A stretch of 64,000 nucleotides of DNA, from positions 496,001-560,000 of the forward strand of contig RSEE01000012.1 in NCBI GenBank assembly GCA_003971905.1. Reading direction: 5' to 3'. The notes under the pieces are model-generated. The model ran no database searches and had not been told where the DNA came from. It saw only the letters and a program-made list of their open reading frames with translations. Below, one piece after another: positions 1 through 12,102 of the stretch. The position numbers and the translations under genes were made by a program. Position 1 is the stretch's first letter. The number at the start of each line of letters is the position of its first letter. This DNA is from Moniliella sp. 'wahieum'. Its lineage: Eukaryota.

Positions 1-1198
1 CGCGACACCAGCAATGGCGAAGACGAAAGCCACAGGGAACATGCAATCGCGCCCCCACGCTTCCACCATCCAGAGACCGGGGGCAGTACAGACAAAGTTT
101 GACAGCACCAAGGATAATTGGGTTGCGTATGAGTCCTTGAGGCCGGCGTTGGCAAACACCTGATTGCCGTAAAAGAAGAAGTCTGGACGGAACATTGTGT
201 CAGTGGCTGATTTGGCAATGACATGCTGAGGAAAGTCTTATGAACGTACAGTTTCCGCAGCAGAGTTGCTGCCCCTCTGGAGGGCCATGCCCATGCATGT
301 CCGAGCAAGTCGAGTTCTCCAATTTGAAGCAGTCCACCCAGGTCTTCGGAGACGTTGGAAGCCTTTTCCTCCTCGATATTCCGAATGAGGTCATTGTATT
401 CGCATTCAACGTGAGGATCGTGATCCTCAACCGTCACACCGTGCATAACAGCAATTGTTTTCTTCGCTTCGTCGTAACAGCCCTTTTGTGCGCTAATGGT
501 GGGAGACTCGGGGGTCAGCAACGCTAGAGCACCCTGGAGAAGAGCAAATACGAAGCCGATTGCAGCCAAAACTCGCCACGACGCCGAATCGTGTTGCCCG
601 CATGTCGAGTCCCAATAGCAATGGCGTATGCCAGCAAAATACCGAGGGTAATTGCAAACTGGAAAAAACCTCCCATCATGCCGCGGATTTGCCGGGGCAT
701 GAGCTCGGACTGGTATACGGGTGCAAGGGCTGAAGACATGCCAATGCCGTAGCCTGACACCAATCGACCAATTCCGAATTGAACCCAAAGCTGACGGAGG
801 CTACTTTAATGATGCAGCCAAAGATGATCCAGAGAGCCGAGATCTGGACACTGTACTTAGTGCCTAAGCGATGTTGCCATATGTTGCCAGTAAGAGCGCC
901 GATACCACAACCATCGACATAAATCCCGTTATCAAGCCCTGGAGCCAAGGAGACCAGGCTTTCTGGTACTTCCCATCAGGATAGGTGGCAGCGCCTGTGG
1001 CAAGCGGCGCTGAAAATCTTCCATGGGGTACATACCTGCCATAATACCGGTTTCATGCCAAACTGTCTTCATCCATACATCAAAAAGATCATCAGTAGGA
1101 TGTTTTGCTGTGCTGGCGCACAAAAATGCAGCAGAAAAGAGTTTTACTGCGTCCGTTAAGTCCGGCACCATAGTCACCAGGGTGACCAGGTGGACCAT
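1..1198 (-). CDS. MFS sugar porter (hexose transporter-like); spliced/frameshifted, 3' end outside window
   Basis: Sugar-porter motifs across frames: GIGMSSALAPVYQSELMPRQIRGMMGGFFQFAITLGILLAY, QQL..GN followed by a GTACGT donor, and FFFYGNQVFANAGLKDSY...LWMVEAWGR. Start ATG is approximate. Confidence 0.85.
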
Positions 1199-2406
1199 GA
1201 TGCCGACAGAAGTGCCCCCGATCTCATGGTGAATCAGACAGTTGACAGCAAAAATGGGAAGGCGATTAGAGGAGAGTGAAGGCCTCAAAAGAGGAGCTTT
1301 TTTCGTAGGGTTTCGTTATAGTGGTGAGAGAAGGCGGAAAGATGTTGCGGATGGGGTAAGAAGGATGGTTCGGCCCCGGCGGTTTCCATTTATACACTCC
1401 AATGATTTGTATACAAGAGAGAGAATATTGACTAACCATATCAGTCCATATGATTGGAACTGTCGAGCCTAATGTATGCGGCCATATCCTTGGCAGTCAT
1501 TTGCGGGTCTCTATAGGTTCTATTAGTCACTCACTAGGTCAGGAACAGCCTCGTCACAAACAGCAGTGTTTTGGGTGGGGAGATGCAAGCTGCACCAGAC
1601 CGCAACACTGCGGCAACTGTGCTGCACCCCGGAAAATCATACGGAGCCCCACTATGCTCCGGGTTGGAGACCCAATCCCATCTTCGCCTCTGTCTCCATG
1701 TGTATGTGCCACATGCTGCACTGTACCTGTGTCCCGGTTCCAACACACAGTGGGTTGCATCAGTCTTGTCTCGCTCCACGAGCTCACTATTGTAACTCCC
1801 GCGAGCTACTCTTGTACCCCCCTCCAGCAACCAGCAACGGCTCTTCGGCAGCCTTCTGCAGCACATTGCAAGGTGCGGGGAGCTGCATTATGGTGCCACC
1901 CCCCCGAAAAGGTCTTCGGTTGACGAGTCAATATTCAATGAACTAAATTGGTGCTCCCCAGGCCTGCTGCTGCATATATATAGGCGCATAGCCCTGCTAC
2001 ACGTCCCGCGGCAGTCGCACCGCCCTACTTTGCACACAGCTCGCATCGGGTCAGTGGCCTTATGCGGCCCTTTCATTGAGCGTCTCACTCATACCGTCGG
2101 CGCCGTAGCAATTTAATGATCACCGACCCATGGGGGCAGTTTAGCCTCTGTCTATATTCCCGTCTCCTCAATAAAAGTACGGAAAACATCCGAAGACCGC
2201 GGTCACCTGGTCTCAGATCTCACAACTCTTCGGAACTCTGCGCCTAAGCCGACCCGTTTACCCGGCATGTGTTGTTTGTTAGGGCCAACAACCCCGTTTA
2301 GGGAACAGGGGGAGAATCCAGGAGATCAGGACCCTCTGGTGCCCGTCATTCGTTCCCATATCCGAGGTTGCGTAAAAAACAGAAAAATTGTGTGTCGCTT
2401 TGTACG

Positions 2407-2459
2407 TCACGCGTCACATGTCACGCGTCATATAACGGCTCGTAACGCGTAAGGCCTAA
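2407..2459. repeat. 7-bp-phased TNA/4-bp-palindrome array
   Basis: TCA CGCG TCA CATG TCA CGCG TCA (2407-2430) and TAA CGCG TAA GGCC TAA (2443-2459). Confidence 0.9.
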
Positions 2460-2511
2460 GGCTGTCAAATGTCACGTGGCATGTCTTTTCACTGCACGCA
2501 GTCCAGCAACA

Positions 2512-2646
2512 TCTCGGTGATATGATTCCGCTTCTCCAGCGAGAGGAATGGTGGAAGGTGGAACGGGGGCTACGGTGGCGACGATGTAACGGTGGCTTCA
2601 GTGGCGAGCGAGCAGACCGCGGTCCGTAGGCCCGGTGGTCCCCTCG
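2512..2646 (+). mobile_element. Non-autonomous mini-Helitron-like element, copy 1 (~135 bp)
   Basis: A|TC 5' end, subterminal hairpin GGTCC-GTA-GGCCC, ends GTGGTCCC CTCG|T. Homologous to 39543-39673. Confidence 0.7.
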
Positions 2647-5600
2647 TGCGTATAATAGTAGTAGAGGGCTTTCTCATCGATCATCATAAGAACGACTTCC
2701 ATCAGTACATCATCACTGATGCAATGGGTTAGTAGTTTTTCATTTAGACTTCCTGCTTAATATAGTTGTCAAGTAGTAGCCAGTCTTCCTGACTTATTAA
2801 ACCCTCCTTGTACAGACCAGCTTGGGGCGATCTCCTGAGGCCCAAGGAGAAAGTGTGAGCCATCTCGTATGTGCGGCGGAACGGCTCATCCAAGCATGCA
2901 CTCACACAGGGATAATGTTCTTGGAGACCAACACAGATATTTTACTATATTACTAGATGTATTACTAGTAGATGAGGGACATAGTGAAATCGATCCGTGG
3001 AGGAATACCTGTGGTCTTGTATACACCACAGTTCAAAAACAGAGTCCTGGCGTGTCAACCGGTAAAACCGGCCATTGGCCAAAAAGGATATAATCGATCA
3101 CAGAATGTCACACGTCACATGTGTCACATGTCACAGCCGGCCAGATCTCAGAAGCCAGTCACTCTAGTCACTTCTTCCGAGGTCACACTGACCTTTTTAT
3201 TCTGACCACATGGAACACTTACCCTGCCTTTATCTCAACCCTCTTTTGTTTTGACCTATAGTAGTACCGCCACTCCAGGCTACTCTCCCCTTCTTTTTCT
3301 TCGATTCAGAGCCATTTGCCGTCCACCTAACAGCTAGCACCTGTCTTTCTTCTACCCATTGTGCGACACTGTACTTGGGACTTCGTTGGAGAACCACACG
3401 ACCATTATTCCGTCCATCACCACACCTTCGGAGTTGCTGAATTCATATACTTAGTAGCATTTGCACAATTTTCGACAGGAATAAACAGAAACGCCGCAGG
3501 CGTACTCATTCGACGTGCGCGGTTATGCTTGTGCCGACCCCATCCGGAAGCCGATGGCGTCGCCAGGAGACGTCTCAATACCCATTGGGGATCCCGCAAT
3601 TCGATTCTAAACCGGAGGTAGCATGAGGGTGCATATCATCGTTGCTGATGTATGGAAATGTTAGCACGAAAAATACACTCTGTTTGACAAAATTAGAGCT
3701 TTGAGTCCCTGCCACCTTTTGCTTTCTGTAGAACATCAGTGCATCAGAGAGTAGGTAGTTTTGATGGTGCATTGCATTGAACATGAACTACAGAGGCTGG
3801 AGATATTCCCGCCCTCCATACGACGGAATATTGTGCACGGAATGAACGAAGAATCCGGGCTTGTGGGCTACCGGCGCCAACACCAGTGTGGCGTCACACT
3901 TTCGCGAGAGATCATATCCTGCATTCTACCCTCCATTGCATCTACTGTATAGGGTTAAGAAAAAACCCCGCCAATATGACGAACAACCTCTCGACCAAGT
4001 ATATACACTAATGTATACTAATGAGACCATCACAGATTCAGGAGACTGCGAACTTCGATAAAGGGCCCCTTTGGTCAGTTCGTACAACTCTGTGCAGTGG
4101 GGACCGGTACAAGCATATATGCTCCTTCACCTGCTCCCCTAAACTATTCCCCGCTTTCAATTCAGTCAGTATATCCTATGGAGCTGTTGGGTATTTGCAA
4201 AGGATGCCTGCGTGGGCTGACCCTTGTGGTCTCGTTACTCCTTCTTCACGGCAAGGTTTATCTCATACAGTTGGCTGATTCATAATTGTCCAAAAACACC
4301 CTCTCCGTCTGTTCTTTTCTCTCTATACTACTACTCCATCCCACAGTATGTCTTGTCACTCGATGTCTCCTTATCGACCTTATCGACCTTTATCAATTTT
4401 CTGTATTGCTCATCCACATATACAACCACGAGATAGGCCAAGGGCTGTGACCCACAAAGGCCAATAATTAAAAGCTGAGGAGAGTGTCCATTAGGGCCGC
4501 TCTGAGAGATATATGAGACCAAATCTTACCATTATTTTCACGTTTGTGATATATATGACAGCAAGGATAGCTAGCTGCGAGCCATCAGCGCGTGCGCGTG
4601 CGCAACCTTTTCTTCGTTCTCTCGTTCCAAAATGACGCACATGCCGTCTCCCTTTCTCGCGACCACATTTCCCCTTTCCATGCCTTTTTTATACTCGACT
4701 TTTGATACTTGAATCAATACATACTCACTGTGGTTATAATGGTAATTGATCCTACTAGAGACAAGATGTCTCATGATCGTGTCCTTGTGTCGCTTCATTG
4801 AAGCTTCACCGGTCACCACAGTAGCGTCCGCGTCACCTGCCATAACACTGAGCAAAAATAACGTTAGGTCAATCTCAGTATCTGTTCCCTTTTTTGGCCT
4901 CTGAAACGAATGTCCTGCCTCCTTCTCCTCATTTGCCAGGAATTATGCCAGCTCGAAAGGACGAGCTCGGCCCACGCGGCTATCGCTGACGCGCGTTTGA
5001 GAGTCAGTTCCTCTTCAAAAACACAACACATTTTTTAGGCTATATATAGGTGGTCAAAAGAAAAAAGGCGCCTTATTTATCGGGTCTTCTTCCTGTTTCC
5101 CATCACAGGTCCCAACGTGAGACCTGTTGGCTTTCCTTCTCTCTCTCGAGGGCTCAGTCTCAGTCTCTGTGAGGATGTATAACGGGGAGCATGACGAAAG
5201 GCATTATTGTAACCCGCCATCGCTCTTCCCCCGTCGGCTGTGAGCCTCAGCTACTAAGTATATAGCTCAACAGTGGAAGACGAGAGTGGTGTGATGGTGT
5301 GCGCCCAGGCCCAGAGCTCAATGTCAATGTGCAAACTGTAATACATGCAGCTGTGTCATTGCTGCTCGGTCGCTTGATAGCACAGAGCACGGATGCTTGC
5401 GCAGGACCGAGCGACACTGCTGCCTCCGGCATGGCCGCAGTGGTAGGGGGGGTAAAGCTTAAAGATGCGAGAGGTCAGATTCAAGATCCAAGACAGGCGT
5501 AGGCCTCGGAAAACCCGTTTTTGAAATATTGGAACCGCGTATCCACCACTGGCCATGGGGCAGGTGGATGTGGCACAGGGCGCTGATGATCTAAGTATGC

Positions 5601-5699
5601 CGCAGCTGGTAGGCCAGCGTGTAGCTTGAAGCTTCAATCCCACCCCGCCACCTTCATCGCATCAACGTGGCCGCCGTGCCCTCCTACAGCGCAGACGTC

Positions 5700-7826
5700 A
5701 TGGCCGTCGACTTTCTTACTGCGCTTCCGCCCGAAGTCTCAGTCGCCATTCTCTCTCCGGAGTGCTTGCCCCAACCGACATTCGCCGTATAGCCTCGGTC
5801 AGCAAAGCGTGGGCCAACCTGGCGCACTTTCCGCACCTGTGGCGGACGCTCGCACTACGCTGGGGCGTGGCGGAGCGGCCAGCAGAGGGGGGTGAGCCCA
5901 GGTTAACAGCTGATACCGTGGCGCAACTTTATGCGATAGGGAACCCACCTTTGTCTCCCGAGATGCCTTCGGCCGGACCTTTTCCGCCTACCCTGTTGGA
6001 CGATTGGCGCATGGTGGTGGGCTTGATGGACCTGCGGAACATGCAGTGGACTGGTCGGTCACTGAATGGGGATGAGATGGAGATGCATCACTTCGAAGAG
6101 GTGGGCGTACTTTCTCTGCAGAGTCTCCGTTGACGTCGGTGTCCCGGCAGATGCTCGTCTGTCTGGCAGCCCCTACCGATGCTGGACTTTTGGCGTTTCA
6201 AAGTCTTGCCCGAAGCTCAAGCTGCCGTGGCTACGACGACCTCACCTGGTGGGCTTTACGTTTTGCCATTGAATGGGTCACCCACCGTGCGCCTTGTCTC
6301 CGCTTATGGTTCCTCCCCACTCTCACCTAGAGGCCGATGGAAGTTGGATGGCTTTTAGCGGCAGGGGGGGATATACGCGATGAAGCTGATCCCACCGCCG
6401 AGCACCCTTCAGGGTTGACGGCACAGAATCCTGGTTGGACCTTTAGCAGCGCCACACAAGTAACGTCCGCTATCGGGGGCGGTGACCAGGCGTATGCCTT
6501 CCGTCTCAAGAAGGGTATCTTGGCCACTTATACCTTGCTCAAGAAGGCGTACTTTGGGACTGGAGCGGGATGATCCAGCTGAGCGCGTTGAGCCGTTATG
6601 TGTGATGGACTTGGAGGAGGTACCCATCGAGATGGGTACCTACATTGACTTTGATGATGAATACCTGTTTCTTGCCGGGATGCTTTCGCGTGGCCTGACG
6701 GATGTATATGCGATTAGTCGGCACGACACCTCGCCGCGACGTTTTGTCTGGAGCTTGGTGCGCGGACCCTTACCCTTGGCCACCGACGAAGAGCGTCGCC
6801 AAGCTGGCTGGCCTCCACGACCTGCAGAAGTGACGCGCAAGTTTATGCGACTGCATTTCCCCCACTGGAAACGGGCTTCGTTCCATGATCCTGGAATTGG
6901 CATTCCAGGCTGCTTCCATGGTGTGACACGTTCGTTGATGACCATTATGGGGGCGGATCCCTTAGCAAGGGTACGTTGCCACTCTTCTTTTGTTTCTTTT
7001 GATCATGGGGACTGACCCCTGTTTTTAGGGAAGTTGGGCGGCGTCCTCGCGTGTCGCTCCCACAGAACCATGGGAAGCAGTGCACATGGACGAACCAACC
7101 GGCACCTTGGTCATGCTGAACAAGTGCACTATGGCCATTCTACGTGACTACCGCCGCCTCTTTAAGGAGCCTGGATACCAGCTTGAATTAGAGGCGTACG
7201 TGGATCTGAGCCATCCGCTTGGAACGCCCCCCGAAGATGTCTCCTTCTCCGATGAGGAAGACGAAGCAGAGCATGAGTGGCAGTACGACAATGCGGCGGG
7301 GCAAGAGACTGGGACGTGGGACCAGTCTGGTACTACATTTCCCCACAGCGATTGTCGAGCTGCGCTCAGTGTGGAAAATGGGCGTGCGCTGATCGTCAAC
7401 CAGGCCCCAATGATCGTTGATTTTTCTCATCTCCCAACATGCCCGGAGGAGTTGCGGGTGAGTTTGTTGTGGCCACGGCCGGGGATGCCGCGTGCCTCTT
7501 CAAGCGACAAAGACGGCATGTACACACTGCCCGATGTGGGGGCGTACCAATTCTCAACGTGCGCCATGATCGCTCCGTCGGGGAATCAGCTGTATGTGTT
7601 GCGCTCGGTCGAGGACTTGGAACAGCGCTCGGCCGAAGACTTGGATCAGCACTCGGTCGAAGATCCCTCGGATATGGACATGTACCATCTGATTGAGCAG
7701 TGGGACTTTACGCCCCCTCTGACCGCTCGGGCACAGAAACCGAGCCCCCCTACCCAGCTCCGTGGATGGGGGCGCCAGCAAGTTGAAAGCATACGGCCTA
7801 GGCCGGATCCGGCATCTCGTATTTGA
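5700..7826 (+). CDS. F-box domain protein (multi-exon, frameshifted)
   Basis: ATG at 5700 gives MAVDFLTALPPEVSVAILS, then after a shift LAPTDIRRIASVSKAWANLAHFPHLWRTL (F-box consensus). Intron GTACGT ~6971 to TTTAG ~7029; continues in ORFs 6482-7015 and 7080-7826. Confidence 0.75.
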
Positions 7827-7995
7827 TCCGAGGGAGAGGAAGAGTAAGCAACAGGCTGAGATAGCATGTGGTTGAAAATGCAGAGGGTATCGTTCCTTTA
7901 ACCAGCGAGATCAGAAAAGGGTGAAGCACCATCTATTCACAGAAAGGATGTGTGCAATCAACTGATGGGAACAAAGCCAGTGGCCTTTCCCTCTA

Positions 7996-8920
7996 TTAGC
8001 GGTTCTTCGCACCCGTCGGGACTGCCCAGTGGACATGAGGGGTCATGACCAACGTAGAGGCAAGACTGGGCGTGGGCACACTAGCACGCGTGATCGGCCC
8101 ACATTCCAAAGAGGATACCGAGGAGCCCGATGGCGCACTCCCCCGCAATTCATCGCTCTGGTCCAGCGGAGTAAAGGAAAAAGTATGAGCGCAAGTAGAT
8201 ACTGGAGACCTATGCGTCGTATGGACCGATGATGCAGATGGACTGGTCGGGCTGACCAACGCGTCCACCGAACTGGAGATGGCCGTGCTGACCTGAGGGG
8301 AAAAGTGCAATGCGCGGTGCGGTGCGGAGGAGGCAGATGCGCTGGAACTAGAGCGAGAGCGATATCGCGACTGAGGACGCGAATGCGAGGCAGATTGCAT
8401 GCGCAACTCGGTAAGAGCGGCAGAGATGGGGTCAAGGGAGGGATGGTGCGGATGGGCGTGGCTTGCACCTAGGAGTTGATGGTATCGAGGTTGACTGATG
8501 GTGTAGGGATCTACGGACGCGCGACTTTGTCTCACGGTTCGTACGGTGCCGGGGCGAGCGAAGGAGGGGGGAGCAGGGTGGCGTTGCGCGCGGGAGCCAG
8601 CGCGCGAGCGCCGAAGGGCGGGAGAGACTTGGCCTTGGGGGGTAGGCAATCGGGCGAGAGGTTGGTGGGCAGAGGCGAGCGCCGAGGGATGCAACCAATC
8701 CAGATGGGGGTGAGGGCGGGGAGTTGCCCCTGGACGACAGACCAGTTGGGCACCGGTGTGGGCGCTGAGCCGCGAGGGGTCGGGGGGGACCGAGGGCGAT
8801 GTGGCCTAGACTGGCAAAGAGTGTGTCGCGCAGGTCCTGGATTGCATGGCCGCGATCGCCGGCATGGATGGACTGGAAGGAGCGACTGAGGCAGTCGACG
8901 TCGTCGACGACAGCAGCCAT
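7996..8920 (-). CDS. Hypothetical Ser/Pro-rich protein
   Basis: ORF 8432-8920 (MAAVVDDVDCLSRSFQSI...) joins ORF 7996-8694 via a probable frameshift. No recognisable domain. Confidence 0.45.
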
Positions 8921-9335
8921 AGCCCAGCGGGAGATGGTGATGGCGGATAGGAGGCGAGCAGCGGGCGCGCCAGGGGAGAGACGAGGGGGAGCGATGTGGG
9001 CTCATCGCATCGACATGGCGCCAGCCCGCCAGCGCCTGCACTCTGCCCGAACAAAACAGACGATCGGGTCAGAGCAAGCCCCGAGGCGCAATCGGCCTGC
9101 GCTGCTGTGCTGCCCCGGATGCACCGCATGCGCATGTCACATGTGCGCACATGCCACATCATGCATGCATCATGCATCACAGCTCTGCCGCGCACATGCA
9201 CACTGGCCCGCGCGCACCCCCGCCTTCTGCCGGAGCATACCGGGCCCGTGCTTCAAGCCAGGTTCCTCCACACTGCTCCCCGGCCGCGGCGGTACCTGTT
9301 CCTGCTCGCCCGCCGCCATCTGAGACCGAGCCATC

Positions 9336-9510
9336 TGAGATCTGAGATCAGCGCAGCGGCAATTATTAAATGTGCCGCTGTCCGATCCACTCAGTAGTCA
9401 TGGTCATGCGTCACACCGCCACGCCGTCACATGCATATCAACGGGTGTCAACATGTCAATGTCAATGTCACCTCAGGTGACCGGTGACCGGTGACGACCG
9501 GTGACCGACC
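9336..9510. repeat. TNA/palindrome heptad arrays in a divergent promoter
   Basis: TGA GATC TGA GATC (9336-9349) and TGA CCGG TGA CCGG TGA (9478-9494); TGA TGCA TGA also occurs near 9773-9806. Confidence 0.85.
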
Positions 9511-10085
9511 CACGGCCAACAATTTGATCATTCTGGCTTGTTGGAAGGCTACCAAGTACTAACGCTTAAATGATGTTGTGCTTACGGCGCTGAGGTGCTT
9601 GCGTATGCCGGCGCTACCATCCTATGGAACTGAGTTCGGAGTGACATTGAGGAGCATGTGCGAGGGATCCGAATCGGGTCTGGAAGCCGCGGGGGCTGGA
9701 CGGTGCTGTGTGCGCTGGAAGCTACTCATCACAACTAAGCTGAGGGCGCTGAGCTGAGGCACAGATGTTGCATGATGCATGATGTATGCACCTGATGCAT
9801 GATGCAGGCTGCAGGCTGTGCTCTGCTGTGCTGCATGCTGCGATGCGATGCGATGCGATGCGAGAGGATGCGATTCGCCCATGCAAGTTCCCAATGATAT
9901 CACCCATCATGCAGACCGTCGACCATCGGCCATCGGATGGAGATATGAGTCTGACGCGATGACGTAGCCCCGCTGCCTGCGCTTTGCCTGCCTGTCGATG
10001 TCTGGACCTCCCTGCGCTGTTGCTCTCTGGCCCACCGCCACCACCGTCTCCCTCTTGCTCGCATCCTCCTCGCCCTCTATCCGCC

Positions 10086-11109
10086 ATGAGCCAGCTGGTC
10101 AACGACCATTACACCCGCGCCTCCGCTGCCCTCCAGCCGCACTATCAAAAGGCGAAGCCCTACCTGGCCAAGGGCCACAGCAAGCTCCAGCCCTACCTTG
10201 CCCCCATTGACCAGGAGCTCGCCCGCTTCCCTGCGCTCAACAAGCTGGAGCAGCGAACGGGCGTACCCAAAGCTTACGTTGGCCTGGCGGTTTTCTTCCT
10301 CTTTGGCGGTATGTATCCAATGTGTCCCACGCATGTGCCTTTTCTGAACAGGCGACGCCGTGGCGAGCAGCAGCTGACCTGTGCCTCAATCTGTTGATTG
10401 CCAGTTCATCTTTTTCAACATCTGTGCCTCCTTCCTGACCAATGCGCTGGGCTTTGCCATCCCTGCGTATTACTCGCTCAAGGCGCTTCAGACACCGTCG
10501 CCCAACGACGACACTCAGTGGCTGACATACTGGAGCGTCTTTGGTTTCTTCAGCGTGCTCGAAGGGTTGGGGGACCAGGTGGTGTATTGGTTCCCCTTCT
10601 ACTATACCTTCAAGGCCCTCTTCCTCGTTTGGCTCATGCTACCCCAAACCCAGGGGGCCAAGATTGTGTACGCCAACGTCCTGCGCCCCATCTTGTTCAA
10701 AGCGCCCAAGGGCACACTGCCGGCCGGCTACTACTCGAAATCCGCCACTTCTTCGGCTGTGCCCTCCAAGCCCGTGCCCACAGTTCCGTCGACCACCACA
10801 TACTCAGCCGCCCCGGCGACCGCGCCTGCCATTCCGCCCCGCGCCTCGGCCACGTCGACCGCCATTCCCTCTGCGCCTGTGAGCAGCCACTACAGCTCGC
10901 TTGCCTCCGTTCCTTCCGCTGCGGCCGCGACCCATGCTGCTTCCGGCGTGCACCCCCAGGCTGCCGCTGCCCAGGCTGTCCAGGCTGCCCAGCGCGCCCA
11001 TGAGCTTGACGGCGTTGCGGGCCACATCCCGCCTGACCTCAACGCCACCGTTGACGCTTTGGCCCATGGCGACTTTGTCACTGCCGAATCTACCAACCCC
11101 TTCCGTTAA
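10086..11109 (+). CDS. YOP1: Yop1/DP1/REEP ER-shaping protein
   Basis: LNKLEQRTGVPKAY, intron ~10309-10404, then GFAIPAYYSLKALQTPSPNDDTQWLTYWSVFGFFSVLE...YWFPFYYTFKALFLVWL.LPQTQGA. Confidence 0.95.
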
Positions 11110-12102
11110 ACGCAACAGTGCGCACGAGCGAATTGCAAGTGCGCAACTAAGGACGAAAGAGATCTCGTTCTACCTCCCTTACTCCACCTTGCGGAATGTC
11201 GTATGCATAAATGCATGCAAGACCAACATTTCTTTCTCCTTTCATGCCGTTTCCGATGCCTCAACCCCCCGCCTCCCCCGTCTGCTTTCTGTTTCTTGCT
11301 CTCTTTTGCTCTTTGACCTGCGTTCCATTGTCAATTAGAATGGTTTTGTTTCCCGTTGATCGTCCGTTGGATGAAGAGGTCTACCTAGCGGGCTCGGCCG
11401 CTCCCACCAGACTCTGCAGTGCACCCTGAGGCGTCGACCAAGAAACTAGCCTTGGGTGGGGGATGGGCACGAACGAAACGAGGGGAGAAGCAGCAAAGGG
11501 CATGTTCTGAATTTCAAGTCCGTGCGGAACCAAATGGTGCGAAGGAGACACAAGGTAGAACCAAACGACGGGGAAAGAGGGCAGGATGAGCCTGTAAAAG
11601 AGAGTGCGGAGAAGCACGAAGAGAGAAGCAGACGGAGGGCGAGGGGGGGGGGCAGGAGACCAAAGCAGGTACAACGATGGGAAGAAGGATAGGGCGCGGT
11701 GGGACAAGCAAAGATGAGGCGAGTGAGATGAGGTGACGGGCGGGAAAGGGGAGCGTACCGTACGTACAGGCACCAGACACATAGAAGACGCCCAGTCGGA
11801 CTTACCTGGGCAGCAGCTGACATGTCGCCAAGGCAGACTCATGAACAAAATCGAGCAAAACTGACACGAATGGAGAAAAACAAAGGCGAGGTCGAAAGGC
11901 AAAGGCGACACCGCAAACCACACCACTTTCGCTGCCCCACGCAATTGTGAACAAGACTCCTCCTAAATATCGCATCCTCCCGGCCGGATGCGTCCACAGG
12001 AAAGGCGAACAGAGGTTGGACAAAACCCAGGAGCGGGTCCAGGCGAGAAGTAGAAGAGTTTCACCCCATGTGCCTGTTGAACGTGCGCCAGCAAAGCACA
12101 AC

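Noticed and set aside
2869..3093. LLDVLLVDEGH as a SNF2/DExH helicase Walker B remnant
   Set aside because: No other helicase motifs at proper spacing; could be chance.
3240..5600. Short ORFs in the less GC-rich island (also 1450-2100, 18340-18870, 31450-32000, 41700-42070)
   Set aside because: Fragmented, with no family recognisable by eye. Probably decayed sequence; would need a profile search.
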